Source: Raillietiella orientalis (Eukaryota). Taken from it: DNA of 64,000 bases. A program made the translations under genes and the position numbers. The stretch spans positions 4,092,001 through 4,156,000 of the forward strand of contig JAYWIR010000001.1 in the NCBI GenBank assembly GCA_036172245.1, in the 5' to 3' direction. Within the stretch, counting starts at the first letter, position 1; each line of letters opens with the position of its first letter. Shown here piece after piece: positions 11,030 through 23,879 of the stretch. The notes beneath the pieces were generated by a model that was given only the letters and a program-made list of their open reading frames with translations, was not told the DNA's origin and did not search any database.

Positions 11030-14000
11030 GTAGTTGTTAATGCAAATATTCCGTAGTAACCAATCATCATTGAATTGAATATTTTCACGATGCAATTATT
11101 AAGTACAGTTTATTTGATATTAAACCATTTATAATACATGTCTTCGATATGATTAAAGACATGCTTTAATTAATGAATATGAAAAGTATTTACCGTGTTA
11201 ATGAATCTGTAATATCCTGTGATGTGGTAAGTCAATTAGGAGTGGATAATTTGTCGAAATTACTGAAAACAGTGTGAAGAGGTTGAGATAATTTGAATTA
11301 GGATGTTTCACAATTAAATATAATTGTGAAAATTCCTAATTCATCCTACTTCTGAATTACATTTACAATTGCAGAATATCTAAAAGCTCGGATTGTAAAA
11401 CCATATAGGAATTATGGAAAATTTAAAACACTTCTCTGATGGTTCAGTTTGCTTGGGAGCCTTCTGAAAAATAAAATCAAAGCTGATCCTAGTGGGAGCA
11501 GTTTCCTGGTGACAAACGGAGAAGAAATTTCTCGATTGGGGCGTTGCTGAATTGGCACAAGGAGATGCACTGAATTTAGGAGTCGAGTGTGCCCGGGATC
11601 TCGGCCACAACGTTTACATTCGATTCGTCGTGTCATTAAAGTGTGACCCGATACACATGGATTTCAAGGTGACCGATTGGGGTCATGCTCATACTGATGC
11701 ATATAAGAATGTAAGAGTGTGTACAAGAACGAGTGTAAGGATGATTTCGGTCGGGAAACTTATGTACCTCCAGTTGCAGTCGAACACAGGGGTCCATTCG
11801 GTGTTGATCCTCATTTGTGACGGAAATTGTGGAAATTATGATGAGGTATTCTAACATGAGAAATGGATAATTAAGGAATGGGAGTTGCACGATTTGGGCA
11901 GAACGAACTGAAGAGGGTTGCCCGACGAGGAGGGGTGACCTATTTTCCCTTTGTGTTTGCACCCCACCGTTTCCATTCTTCCACCACAATCTGCAGCATC
12001 CTTGAAGCTCAATCAGGACCAGGACAACGAACGAAGTAAGCGGCGATTCGCAAATTTTCGACATGCAGATGTGACTTTTGTATCGAAACAGGACTCGATC
12101 GTACATTCACCAGAAGATTTCACGCCGAACGTTGCAGAATCATCGAGAGCAAATCGTCGGTCGCTGAGATGTGCGCTAAGTTGTAATATACCGTATGTGG
12201 ATGTACGGAAGGTACAGTGCACCTGGAGTAGCGACCGAGTGGTTTCCCGCTATTGGCAACTGTGCATCAGCATGTCATTGGCGAGCATGGAATCATTAGT
12301 TATGAACTGATTTGTTGTCGACTGACATTAGTATCAAAAAAAAAGGAGGCAATACATGGAGCCGGTGTACCAGGTCTTCGTGCTGGGTATCTTTGCATCA
12401 GGGTGCAACTGAATGGAAACGAATGTTTCCATACTCGGCTTTAGAGGAGTAAATTAGAACTGGCGCTGTGTGCGGCATGATGTAGTGATGTCTTATTTAG
12501 TGATGACGAATTAATACTTTGTTTAGTAGAGGGATATTTGTTAGCTAATGAGGGATGAGTATGCTTTTTTTTAAGCAAGCACGTGGTGGCGGCTACCGAA
12601 GAGGATGAGCTTAGAGATAGCTGTTATGTGCTTTTCCGGTAACAAGGCAAAGTTGATTTCGCAGTTATTGCATGTGAAAGAAAATCACTTGAAATAGCAT
12701 TTTGGTTGGTAAACGTTGGGAATTAAAAGTACTTTGGCGGAGAGGGCAGGACGAGGACTTCGGGAAAACATCATCTGAAATAAATGGCCATAAATTTTCT
12801 CGTGAGTGGGATGATGTGGGGTGTTCCTCAGCTGCTAAGGTGTTTTCGGCGTGTTAGGTAACAAGCAATTAGCTATTGAAGTGATTGCGCGGACGAGGGG
12901 TTGTGTTCGTGTACCCGTGCTGAATCTGATGCCAAAGTGAAAAATCTCTGGTGAGTTTTGGAGAGAGCTCTTTCAGAACTTTGTGTTTCTTGATTGCTGG
13001 GGAGAAGAGGGACCAAAGGATGCGTGTTATCTAGGACGGGCGGTGAAGAATGAATCTTCGTAAGTAGGTCGTTGAATAGAAGGTAACAGTGGTACTAAAA
13101 TGAAGAAAACGTTATCTAAAAGATAACAGCATCAGCTTCGTGGAGCGTTCGGATTTGCATGGAAGCTCGCAAACTCGATGCTGGAATGGGTATCTGCAAG
13201 AAGCAGAAGATTTTCGGTAGCAGCCCGTTCGATTGAAAAAAAAAAAAACCTGCGACTTGAGTTTTTCATCGGCGTAAGTCGAATCTGTATGTATGCCGCG
13301 ATGAGCTTTCTTATGACGAAAGGATCAGAAAGTTGAAATCGTTTTCGGTTTGGGACGCACCGCATGATGTGTTGAAGATGCTTTGAAACTGTAGCTTATG
13401 TGACGTTGTTTGAACGCAAACTTTCCGACAGTGCCATGAGATTCCGAATAGGGTTAGGATAGGTTTCATGGCGCTTTGAAGTTGTTGGGTAACGGATATT
13501 GTGAGCTGATGCTCGGGAGTGAAATAGATCTCAGCATGAGTCCACTATGTTCGCCGTGATGGTGGTATATCCCAAGGGTTGACTGCTGGGTTAATGAGAT
13601 GCTTACTCCTCATCTTAGTGATAGATGAGTACGAAATATGGAGTTACCTGGGTGCGGTGTGTTGGGAGACTAAATGATTTCTTATAGGGTATGTACAATC
13701 ACTGTACTGCTGTGGGTGGTGTGGCTTACGAAGGAGAGGTGTGAACTGGGGCTGGAGATGAAGTTGAAAGAGGATCCATTTTTTGTTGAATGGGGAGAAG
13801 AGTGACAACAGTCTCGAGGAGTTTCGAAGGGGTCGATCTCTTGTCCTATGACCCTTCGGAGGGTAGGCTCGATTTGGTCTCTTGTCGTAATGCAGGGTGC
13901 AGTAATATGTAGCTGTCTTGTCTTTATCGTAATCTACATTTTTGTTTTATTTGTTGGGGATTGATGATTGGATCAGGAGGAGATGTAAAGGACAAAAGGA

Positions 14001-17000
14001 TTAAAAAATTTGATTGGGTTTGTGTGTGTTGGTGATTTCGAGTCGGCGAGATGTCTGACCGCTCAATGTCGTCACGATAAGTTGATGCAAACGTATATCG
14101 CCGTATTGTAAGTTTTAGCATTTATTGGGTAGTGTGGAGATGCTGACTGTTGAGCTTGTCACCTGGCAACGAGGAATCAATTCATGAGAACTTTGCCTTT
14201 GAGCATAGCATGACGCAGATTGATGAATAGTTGCATTTATGGATTTACGGTTTAAGGAACTGACGTTTGATATAAACTATAGACGCTTCTTGATAGTTTC
14301 AAGTAGTCATATAACAAGGATGAGAGGTCATATGAGTAGGAAGATAGAGGTAACCGTTTGAATCCCTGTGTGAGAATTGAGAAAGATGAAATCAGTAAAG
14401 AGTGCAGGATCTTTTCAAGTGGGTTATTTCGTGTAGAGGGAGGGAATAGCTTAAGCTGTGGTAGGATGACTGGGATTATGATTCTTAAGTGAAAGGATAG
14501 ATCTTATTAGCTATCTGGATATTGACTGTGGAACACTGCAGACGGCTTGAAAGTCCCATTTTGCTTAAACGTGGATGGGACTGCCGAGTGGAGTTCTGAT
14601 TAGAAAAGTTTTCTTCTGGAATGAATACATAGAGGAAGGAGATGGATGTAAGAATAATTAAAAGAAAAAAATAATAAAGCATTTGCTGGATCTTTGATGA
14701 TGAAAAGTGGTTTAAATGGTAGTGCATCTGGGTTTCCTTAAGAGCCTAGGCGGTTGGTGATGTCTGTATGAAGGAAACGGAACTGTGGCATGCTGACGAA
14801 GATCATGAATATTGCTGGGATGAACTGGAAGGGGAAGCGACGCTCTCCTCTAGTGCATCCTGGAACCGGATCAGAAACGGTGAAGAATTCCTCTCGGAGC
14901 AACGAGATGATCTGTTCGCCGAAGAAAGGAATTGCAGAAAAGAGATTAGTGATTGCAGAAACTCAGAACTTTGTTTGCCCTCGAGGTAAAAAGTATCCTG
15001 AGGTGCTAGTGTTACGAGAACGGGGAGTAGTAAGCTGTTCAGGGTAAGATGGGTTTATATGAAGAATGCTATGCTGCACGGAAGATGCGGAGGCGGATTG
15101 CTAGGGAATATTCGCATGGAGGCAAAGTAGGAGTCCACTGCTATTGGTATGCGCAATGTGCATTAAACTGATGATGGACAAGAGGCGGGGACTGGAGCTC
15201 ATGGAGATAATGTTTTGCATCTACTCAGTAATTTAGCAAAAATGGCTGTTTTGGGAATATAAGGTTATGGATTCCAAAAGTACGACATGCTTGGGGGTAT
15301 CGCTAATTAATTCTATGGGTAATTACTTTGAAAAAGGTTTGTCATCTTTGAAAGGAAAGAGGGCATAAGAGTCTGAGAATTAGGTGGATTAACGATTAGT
15401 GTTAGTATGAGATAGGATGTGAGAAATCGGTTTGTAGGGATGTTGGTCCATCTTAATAAGATTTTAGCTGAAAAGGATGATGAAAGGCTGGTAAGGACGA
15501 TGGATCCATCGGACTACGATTGGCAGTCGTGGTACCGGAGGTGGATATATTTCCTTAAGGATTAAAAATCCTGTGTGTGAGAAGACGAGTGGAAACCACT
15601 GACGTAGAAGACAGAGAATGATTGGGTCTCAGGAGAATGAGATAAGGAATTAATGAAAACGGCTGCTGGGAATACTGCAAGCGCAACACAAGAAACCACG
15701 AGGTTACTGCAAAAGCAAAATAAAAGTGATGATTCGACCACTGTTCATACGCACACTGTTCATACGAGAATCTCTGGAAGAAAGTTGGCACTTTAACCAG
15801 CCGTTCCTGCACACCTTGCCGGTGTGCAGGAACGGCTGCAGTGATTGAAGTGAAAATGATGAGTGTGATTAGGACAGGGTTTTGAAAAACTTGTTTTCAT
15901 TCAGGTCTTATTTTAAAGAGTTTATCAAATTGAAGATGATGATGCTGGGGAGACCAGGGAGACCACTGAGCTTTTCCCTTGTTGGAAAAGACTATGAGTG
16001 AAGAGTGAGCAAGAAATGTCAATTCTGGCGGTGTTTAAAATTTGCAAATAGGCGGTCCACTTGCGTTTGATTGCTTTCTTGAGCCGGGTCTTAAAGCAGT
16101 TGCCACTCTATAAGAATTCTTCAGGATTAGAGTTTGTATTGCTTTGCTTAAACATGCTAGGCATTTCTGTAGGCCACGTATGTTGAATGCTGGTTCTTCG
16201 CCGAATAAGTGATGACGAGCAGCACGCTGGAGGCGGAGTGGTTATGATTAATAAAGTGCGGTGTTTAATCGTTGGTACTTATGATTTCGTTCTGTACAAT
16301 ACTGAAGTGTCGATTAAGGATGAGAGATGACGGATCGGCATTTACGAGGGTGGTCGTTATACAGAGGACTGGCATTTTGCATACGATTGTAAGGATAGGA
16401 TGTTTCATGAGGTTCTCCAGAGTAGGTGACTGCAATCATGATGACTGCAGCATCGTGCTGGTAGAATTGTGCTTCCGAGGTCGAGGATTCCCATTTTCCA
16501 TGCACATCATTTTAAATGTTTATTGTTGTTAGATCATATGATTTGTTTTGTGGAGGTTTATGGAGACTTAGAAGGTTTATAGAGATGAAAGTGGTAGATA
16601 GAAATCATATTGTCTCCAGTAGGTTTTTCGACAAGTTACGGGAATGTTTATGGAAACCATCTGCAGCTTCTTAAGGGCTCATGTGAAGTTTATTTTCCAT
16701 GGTCTACCAGTTCTTGTGAGGTGATGCCGAGATCGAGGAGTTATGGTTTGGTACTACTGTTTCGGAAATGCAGACATGAAACTGCTAAAGCGTGAATGAT
16801 GAGGGGTCAGCTTGCTCGGTGGTGTGATTCAGAGTTCGTTGTCTTTTCAGTAGCCTGATTCAAGGATAATCACGGCTTGCGCTTCAGTGGCCGTTGGTGG
16901 AAGATTGCTAGATGTGGTTATCGAGAGCAGCTGGATGTGTCTCGACCATTCTGTTTCATAGAGACGTGTCTTTGATTCTGTTTCTTTCTGAATTGATTAA

Positions 17001-17650
17001 TGTACATTGGGTAGGCGATCCATGAATGCAGGGAGTGGGTTCGGTTTTGGGGTGAGGAGGTTTGGAAGTGTTTAGCCGTGGTTCTTAAGCATATTTAACA
17101 TGCCCTGCCCACCAAGTTTAAGGTTGATTGTTAAGCATATGAAAATGGTGGCTTATTTGGATGCTGCTTCGTTATTGAGTAGAGGCTGTGGCATGTGTAT
17201 CGTGATGCTGATGGTGCGTGGTTTAATGAATGTGTGACTAGATTCATAGTGGCAATGAAAAATGTGTGCATCATTGTTATGAGTGCGACGGTTGGGGTAA
17301 AAGAAAATAGGGTGGCTAAGATGGTTTAATAAGAATGATGGTTTTTGTAACATTATGCGGATCTCTCTTTTCTATTAGTATTGACTGGTGTTGAACACGA
17401 AGTTCTGTGAAATCTGTTGAGAGGAGTCTCTGGTGATGGAATGAGCTACCATTAAAATGCAAGGAAGAGTGAAAGGATTGCCGGAGTGTCTGTTTTGAAT
17501 CATCAATATTTTGTCTTTCTGAAATATGGCTCAGCAGCACCTGTATCGACAATGATTTGTAGTTTGTCATACCATTATTCCAGAACTCTACAGACGTGCC
17601 TCCGGTTGAGCCCCTCCTTTTGACCTCGTACATTCTGATTGCTTAGTCTA
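11030..17650 (+). other. AT-rich, G>>C-skewed block with decayed coding-like frames; origin unknown
   Basis: Abrupt composition change near 11030. Hand-picked lines: 11221-11280 has 17 G and 4 C; 15361-15420 has 20 G and 3 C. Protein-like frames with scattered stops at about 11075-11550, 11552-12310 and 12842-13240. Confidence 0.55.
15739..15838. repeat. 13-bp direct repeat (x2) followed by a perfect 18-bp inverted repeat
   Basis: CACTGTTCATACG at 15739-15751 and 15754-15766. CAGCCGTTCCTGCACACC (15798-15815), loop TTGCC, GGTGTGCAGGAACGGCTG (15821-15838). Confidence 0.9.
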
Positions 17651-18635
17651 GCAGAATAGGCAGCGTAGTTGATTTGACAGTCAGTTATGGTTACAGAGCG
17701 AGTAGACTACGGATGTCGGCCATCGATACAGAATACGTGAACTTTGGATGTCCAAAGATCACATTCCACGCGGAAGGCTCCTTTCCAAGTATAATGCTGC
17801 AGTGGTTTCACTAATGCTATCGGCTCGGAAACGGTAAGGAAAGCAGTGACCGGAGAGGAGTCAGCCACACCCAACAGGTTGTTATTTTGCATACCCTTCT
17901 ATCTGACTATCTGCTTCTCTCAGCTCTTCAAAAGAATCGCCAATGAATAGGCGACCGCTGGATGCAATCCTAAATGCAATACGAGCTAAGAACTATCAAA
18001 ACGAGCTCGTTAAAGAGAGAATTCTTGCTGATAGTTCAAGAACACGGAGTCCGATGAAGAACTCAAGCTCGGAGAGCCTTTCGAGGACCTTCCTGGAGCT
18101 GCGCTGCAAAAATGTGTTGTTGCTGCGCCATCACATACCATTTTTCAGTAAGCATTTGGAAGAGGAATACCTCTTCGCAATAAGAATCGGTGATGTGCCT
18201 AATGTTTACATGTCTAAAGGTGAGGTGGTGGCCGAATTAAGCCAAAGTTTTGGGTCCCGACCACGCGATCTGGCGTAAACGATTTCTTACTGCCCATTCA
18301 AGGTGCTCACCGGTTTGGCCAGACTGCTGGTGACAATGACCTCATAGTGAGTCTTTCCTTGCAAACTGCACATTGGCAACGAAATGGTCAACCTGCAGCA
18401 CCTGGACAACCTCAATTTTGCTAGCTTTGAAAGCCTTGGGGGCTTGGTAGGGGCAAAGAACCCGTGGGAGATTGCACTGCTAGACTATTCGAGAGGAAAC
18501 CGTTTCTCCTTTAGCTCTTCTGCATTGGAAATGGTAACAGCAGACTCTGACTCCAAGAACTGGATGCTCCAACATGTGGAGCTTCTATGTCTTACAAGTA
18601 GCTCTCGAACGGGGCACTTTTCAAGTTAGGTTTAT

Positions 18636-20930
18636 CACCCGGTGACTTCGGGGCGCTTATTATAAAAAATAATGAACACACAAGTGTAGGACCATCAAAC
18701 CTAGATCGTCCGACACGTTCAGAATCTGCCGAGTAACCGGTACGCAGGCTGGAGAGATTCTTCTCGGCAGGGAAGGGGAACGAGCAAACAAAAATAAAAA
18801 TAAATAATCAAAAAGCAACTTCACAGGGCATGGGAAGGGATCACTGTCCGCTGGAGGGAGTTCTCTGTGTCCTTTCCAGGATGCCGGCAAGTTTCATCTG
18901 TGTATGTCCCAGGTGGGACCTCTTGCTGCCGTCCGCAGGAAGCGCAGGGCGAAGAACTTGGAGTCCCTATCATTCGTTCCCTTCTTGCTTAGCTCCAGGC
19001 GCCGCCGCAATCCCACGTAGGCAGCAAAGAGCTGCTAAAGGTGCGGCAGGTAAAAGGGATAGCGTACGAAGAGGCGTTTTATCACGTCCCTGGGATTGTA
19101 CGTTGGTGCACAGGGGTCGGAGGGAAACAGCCTACGAGCAGGCGTAGAAAGGATTCCCGTTGGAAAGGATTCCCGTGGATTCGCACCTACAACAGTTGGG
19201 ATCCATAGCCCCCCGGGACAAGTGAGAGCGTTGCATGGGAGAACCCAGTGCAACAGAAGAAGTGCCGACTCCTTCCACTTCAGGGGGAGATCCGGTTGTT
19301 CTTCAGCGCTGAGGGACACTCGAGATCTTCCTGTAGGTTTCCCAGCAGCTCGTCCCAGCGCAATAGTCCTTTTGGTGGGGTCGTTAAGGTCGCAGAGTCC
19401 GTGAGCTGACCCGTGGTCACCTAGTTCCCTCGTCTTCTAACTGATTTCGCAAATGATCCTCCATTGGGCATGCTGGTTACTGCCCAGGTGCTTCCTGAGG
19501 GATTGCAGTACCGTAGCTAGGAAGATTCTTTGCGCCCACGCACACGTGGTGGGATACATGACTTCCTGTAGCAAGCGGTTGTTATAGAAGCAGTACAGCA
19601 GTCTCTGCCGCATCTCCGAGTTTGCTTCGTTGTTATTGGTCCATGTGAGGACAGTTTCCTGCAACCAGGCACTACCGTTAGCGGGCCGACAGAAGATCCA
19701 GTTGTTGGTCCTGGTCAGCTTGGCCACTCGCCGGTGTTTAAGTGCGCAGAAGGAAGTGTTCTGCGTTGCCACGCCAGGAACAAAAACAGTCCCGTGTATC
19801 TGGTGGTTCGAATGACCAGGTATCGTGCAGACTCGCACCAGTTCGTGGTCCAAAGCTTTGCCATTAGGACAAACGTTCTCCACTGGAGCTGCCGCCCCAG
19901 GGTCTTTAGCGTCAGGAGGCCGAGACCTCCGTAGCGACACGGAGCGCACAAGTCCTTCAGGCGGACTCGGGACCTCCCTGTGGCCCACAGGGAGATTCTA
20001 TGGAGGTTCTTCGTCCGCCTTTTAATGCTACTCGGTGGGAGACAAAGAAGCAGAAGGTGGAAGACAGGGGTCACAAGCGCTGTATCAGGAGGATTCGCTC
20101 CTCCGCGAAGCATTGAAAGAGCTTCGCGGGCAGGCGGTCCTCCCTTGGTGCTTTCCGCCTCTTGAGCTTCCCCATTGCGGTGATGATTTCATCCATTGTG
20201 AAAGGCTTGTCGGGGAGTCTTCTTTCCTCCTCCCCGATTGCTATGGTGCTTTTCAGATGCAAGAACCGAGAGATTTCTCTCTTCAGAGGTGCCCTAGAAT
20301 ACAGGAAGGAATAATAACTGCGCACTGGACGCTTTACTGCCACCGGGGCCGAGTGTTCCTGATCGTCGTCGCTCAGCAAACTGGCCAACCCGGATTGCCA
20401 GGCTTGCCGCACGACTCCAGGTTTGTACCTTGCTAGTCGGCGGATGTCCGGTATTCGAGTGTAGCGACGAGCCTGCAAGTATGCTTTTTCGTTCCGAACA
20501 CCCTCGCCAAATCCTCTTGAGAGACAGTCCAGGGGGAATTCTCTCAAAACTCTCGGATCGAGACCTTCAAATCGTCCCAGTCGTCGAGCGTCTGCATGCT
20601 GCAACCTTGCAGGAACAGGCGGAGGTGTTCTGCTGCATCTGACATGTTGAGCCATTCGCCAGAAGACGCATGCTTGGAAGGGGGGAGGAGGTCTCCTATC
20701 ACGCGGACGAATTTCAACTTTTAGTCGGGAGTAGTCAGTGAGCGTGGACCGCACCTTTCCTCGCCTCCCTACACGGGATCACAGGTGCTCGTCGAGGAAG
20801 ACGTGGTCGATGCTCCCCTCCATACCGGGATCCCCTGCTAAGAAGTTGGACGTGTGCATGGCAGCACACATGTCGTCAACTGGAATGGCCTCTTTCCTCG
20901 CCGCACCTGAGATAGCAGGCGGATGTTGAA
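18636..20930 (-). mobile_element. LINE copy B: end of EN, linker, RT domain 0, internal deletion of RT core, C-terminus, 3' UTR
   Basis: 'GSIDHVFL...STLTDYSRL' (EN end), 'PFTMDEIITAMGKLKRRKAPREDRLP' (RT domain 0), then a jump at about 20070 to 'LW...RVRLKDLCAPCRYGGLGLL' (post-thumb). Terminus AATAAG-CGCCCCGAAGTCACCGGGTG-ATAAA at 18661-18631. Confidence 0.9.
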
Positions 20931-20931
20931 A

Positions 20932-23870
20932 TTTTTCACCTGGTCACGCCGAGGCGTTTATTTTCACAAACCAATTGAGATCAAATGTTACCCACCACCG
21001 AATACGAGGAATAAAAGGGAGGGTCCACCGACACGCAGGCCGGGAAAACGAGATGTCCAGAACGAGTGAGGGACAGCGGGACAAAAATAAATAAATAAGA
21101 CTGGGTGGGTTGGGGCAGATATCTTTGTACTTGCTCCGCATGAAACGGGGACTAGACAAACAAAAAACAAAAAAATAAAAACACCGGGACATTAACGGAG
21201 CAAGGAGGGATGGGGAGTACAGAAAAAAGTCAAAATTCAATAAATAAGGGAGGAAGGGGACTAGGGTCATCGGGATGGACCGAACCTAATCATCCGCAAA
21301 CCGGTGGTCTATGCCGGCGATCTCCTCCTTCGTCTCGTCATCAAGGTAATGTCACCTTGCAGCTGTACCGATGTAGGTGGCTGCCAAAGCGGTGACATCC
21401 CTCCGCTGCTTCTTGGTCTCCAGCACATTTCGGGCTGTGACAGTGGCGCGTATGCAGCCTGTGACAGTGGCGCGTCACTCGTGATCCCACTTGGTGCGAA
21501 GAATCTCCGCAGCACATCTCGAGCAGTGTCCTGGTGCAGCAGTGCTGCTGTCAGCCTCCAACATAGTTCCTGGAGGGCATCGCAGTCTAAAAGCAAGTGA
21601 GAGAACGACTCCGTCGACCAACACCTGCCACAGGGGAAGCAACCCCATCGGAAACACGATGCCGTGACTCGTTGCACTGGAATCCCCAGTGCACGAGGAG
21701 CAGCACGTCCTGTTTCCAACTAAGTGGAAACACTGAGATGTTAACACAGTTTGGCAGGATCACTAACACTTCGGGGCAACATTTAAAAGTTCGCACCACC
21801 GAACAAGTACTGCAGCAGTTGTGTGCGGTGTAGCAGCATCTGCTAACTGGCGCGTCTTCCAGCTACCCAGGAATTCTTCAGTTCCTGCTATAGTGCAGGA
21901 AATCTCCCATCTCACCGGTAGGCAACTGTCTTTTCTTGCCCTGAGGGCAGACAGAGCTGCGGCAAGGGAGGTGACCACTTGTGATGTCCTGCATTACCAC
22001 TTTCGTGGGTTGTGGCAGCAGATGCCGAAAGGGGTAGACATCTGAACCCATTCCGTGGAATGCGACCCAGGATTCAACGGACTCTTGCCTCCTTGCGTTA
22101 AAGTTTATTGAGTGGCAGGAGGTCCACAGTTGCGCTTCCAGAAGAGAGGCGAGTTACCTTAAGGGGAAGCGGAACCCTCGCATTCTATAGTGCTTGTCTG
22201 GCAGCAACGAGAGCAGTCCTTCGCTGCCGGCGCATCTCCGCAAAAGGATGCGTGTAGGCACACACAACGAAGTAGTCCATAGCTTGGCACACAGTACCAC
22301 ACAGCTTCGGAACTGCACTTGCAGTCCGATCCGCTCCATCGTCAGGATGCCAAGACCGGCATCCCGACGTGGAGCCGTCAGGTCTTTCAGGTGGATCCTG
22401 GATCGCGCCGGACCCCAGAGAGCGTTCCTTAGAAGACGTTTAGCCCGCTTCTTCGCCTCGTATGGAGGAGTAGAACAAAAAACAGGGGGCGGAGGAGGGG
22501 TCCCACAAAGGTGTTCCAGATAACTGCCCGTTCCGGCAAGTAGAACTTGCCACGAAAAAACGGACTTAAGACCAACTCTGCCTTTTGAAGACAGTCCGAC
22601 CACGCTTCGGCAGCGCCGAAGTTGCCCAACGGAATGCCGAGGTACTTGAAGTACCTGCCCGTCGGGATTCCCAGACGGATCCAGTCGAACTGCCCCTCCC
22701 ACGAGGCACCCACAGGAACGGCCATACTCTTGCTCCTGTTTACGCTCATGCCCGCTCCCCGACGAATCAGCTCGAAGAAATCCTCGAGGCTGGACGCCGG
22801 GGTGAACATCGGTAAAAGAAGGTCGTCAGCATAGCCTGCCACGGCCGGCGTTCTCGAGCAGAGGCTTGGCAGGTCAGCCAGCGTTAGCCTGTACGCCCTC
22901 AGCACCAACTCGCAATAGAAGCTGAAAAGCAACGTACTTAGGATGTGGCCTTGCCGGATGCCCCTGCGCACGGGAATGCCGCACTCATGATAGCCGCTGA
23001 AAGAAATCGCTGTTATCGCATGGCACCAGCAAGAGCGCAGGTAGATTAGGAGGTGTGCAGGGAGACAAAGACGTTCCAAGAGCTCCAGAAGAAGCTCTTA
23101 GTCGACGCAATCGAACGCTCTGTGGAGACCCACTGCGACTGCCAATATTCCCCGCATTCCCTCTTCTGATGCCTTCCTCCAACGTTTGCCTGCGGCAGCG
23201 ATTCTTTCCGCTGCCCGGCTTTGCTGCGCGATGCATTTCTGAATCTGAAACCAGGTCCGCACGAACAAGAGGTTTGCATCCATGGACCTCTCGGGAACAG
23301 AGTATGTCTGTTCCGGGCTTACCACAGAGTCGGCAATCCTTCCTATCCGTCGAGACCAAAGCTTCGAAAACAACTTTACGCCCGAATTCATCAAGGTGAT
23401 CGGACGCCAGTTGTTTAAACGGCGCAAGTCTCCAGCTTTCGGCAGAAGACGCACCTTTGCTGAGCGGAAAGAAGCTGGGACATCTCCTGCTTGCCTTATC
23501 AGCACCGAGAGTTCGAAAGGCCGAGAGTCGTAGCACCAGAGGGACGAGCTCCGCCGCAAAGCACTTGAAAACCTCCGCGGGTAACCGGTCCTCGCCTGGT
23601 GACTTACGTCTCTTGAGCCCCGCGATGGCCGAAGTAACTTCTCCCACCGTGAAGGGCCCGTCGAGACGTGCGCGTTCCTTCTCGCCTATCGCGTCAGCAC
23701 CCTCCGGCAAGGGCACCTCCGAGAGAACTCTCTCCGTCGCTTTCGCGTACAGCGTGGAGCAGTAACGCCTTACTACATGGCGTATTTAGCCGAACATACC
23801 CTCTCGTGGTCGTCGAGCAGGCAAGGCGCCGACGAGAACATGATGTCGGATGCCAGGTGGCCTCATTCAG
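20932..23870 (-). mobile_element. LINE copy A, L1/Tx1-type, 5'-truncated and inactive
   Basis: Complete RT motif series plus CCHC knuckle, followed by a pyrimidine-rich 3' UTR and AATAAA-CGCCTCGGCGTGACCAGGTG-AAAAA (20962-20932). Confidence 0.95.
21309..23716 (-). pseudogene. ORF2 pseudogene: non-LTR reverse transcriptase and zf-RVT
   Basis: Joining ORFs 22985..23716, 23098..23559, 22429..23079, 22154..22702 and 21309..21719 gives KSPGEDRLP, LLPK, WRPITLMN, RAFD, GIRQG, YADD (22833-22822), VNRSKS, FKYLGIP, GLGI and CFPCGRCWSTESFSHLLLDC (about 21641-21582). It contains several frameshifts and an in-frame stop at 23098. Confidence 0.93.
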
Positions 23871-23879
23871 AAAACGTCA

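Noticed and set aside
11005-12983. 21-22-bp imperfect inverted repeat (CAAAGTTCT..AAAGAGCTCTC) as TIRs
   Set aside because: Short, with one mismatch and one indel and no TSD. The right copy is internal to the skewed block rather than at an edge.
14570-14650. 'GLPSG...EEGDG' as RNA-virus RdRp motifs B and C
   Set aside because: Lacks the SGxxxTxxxN spacing and a GDD, and motif distances are wrong.
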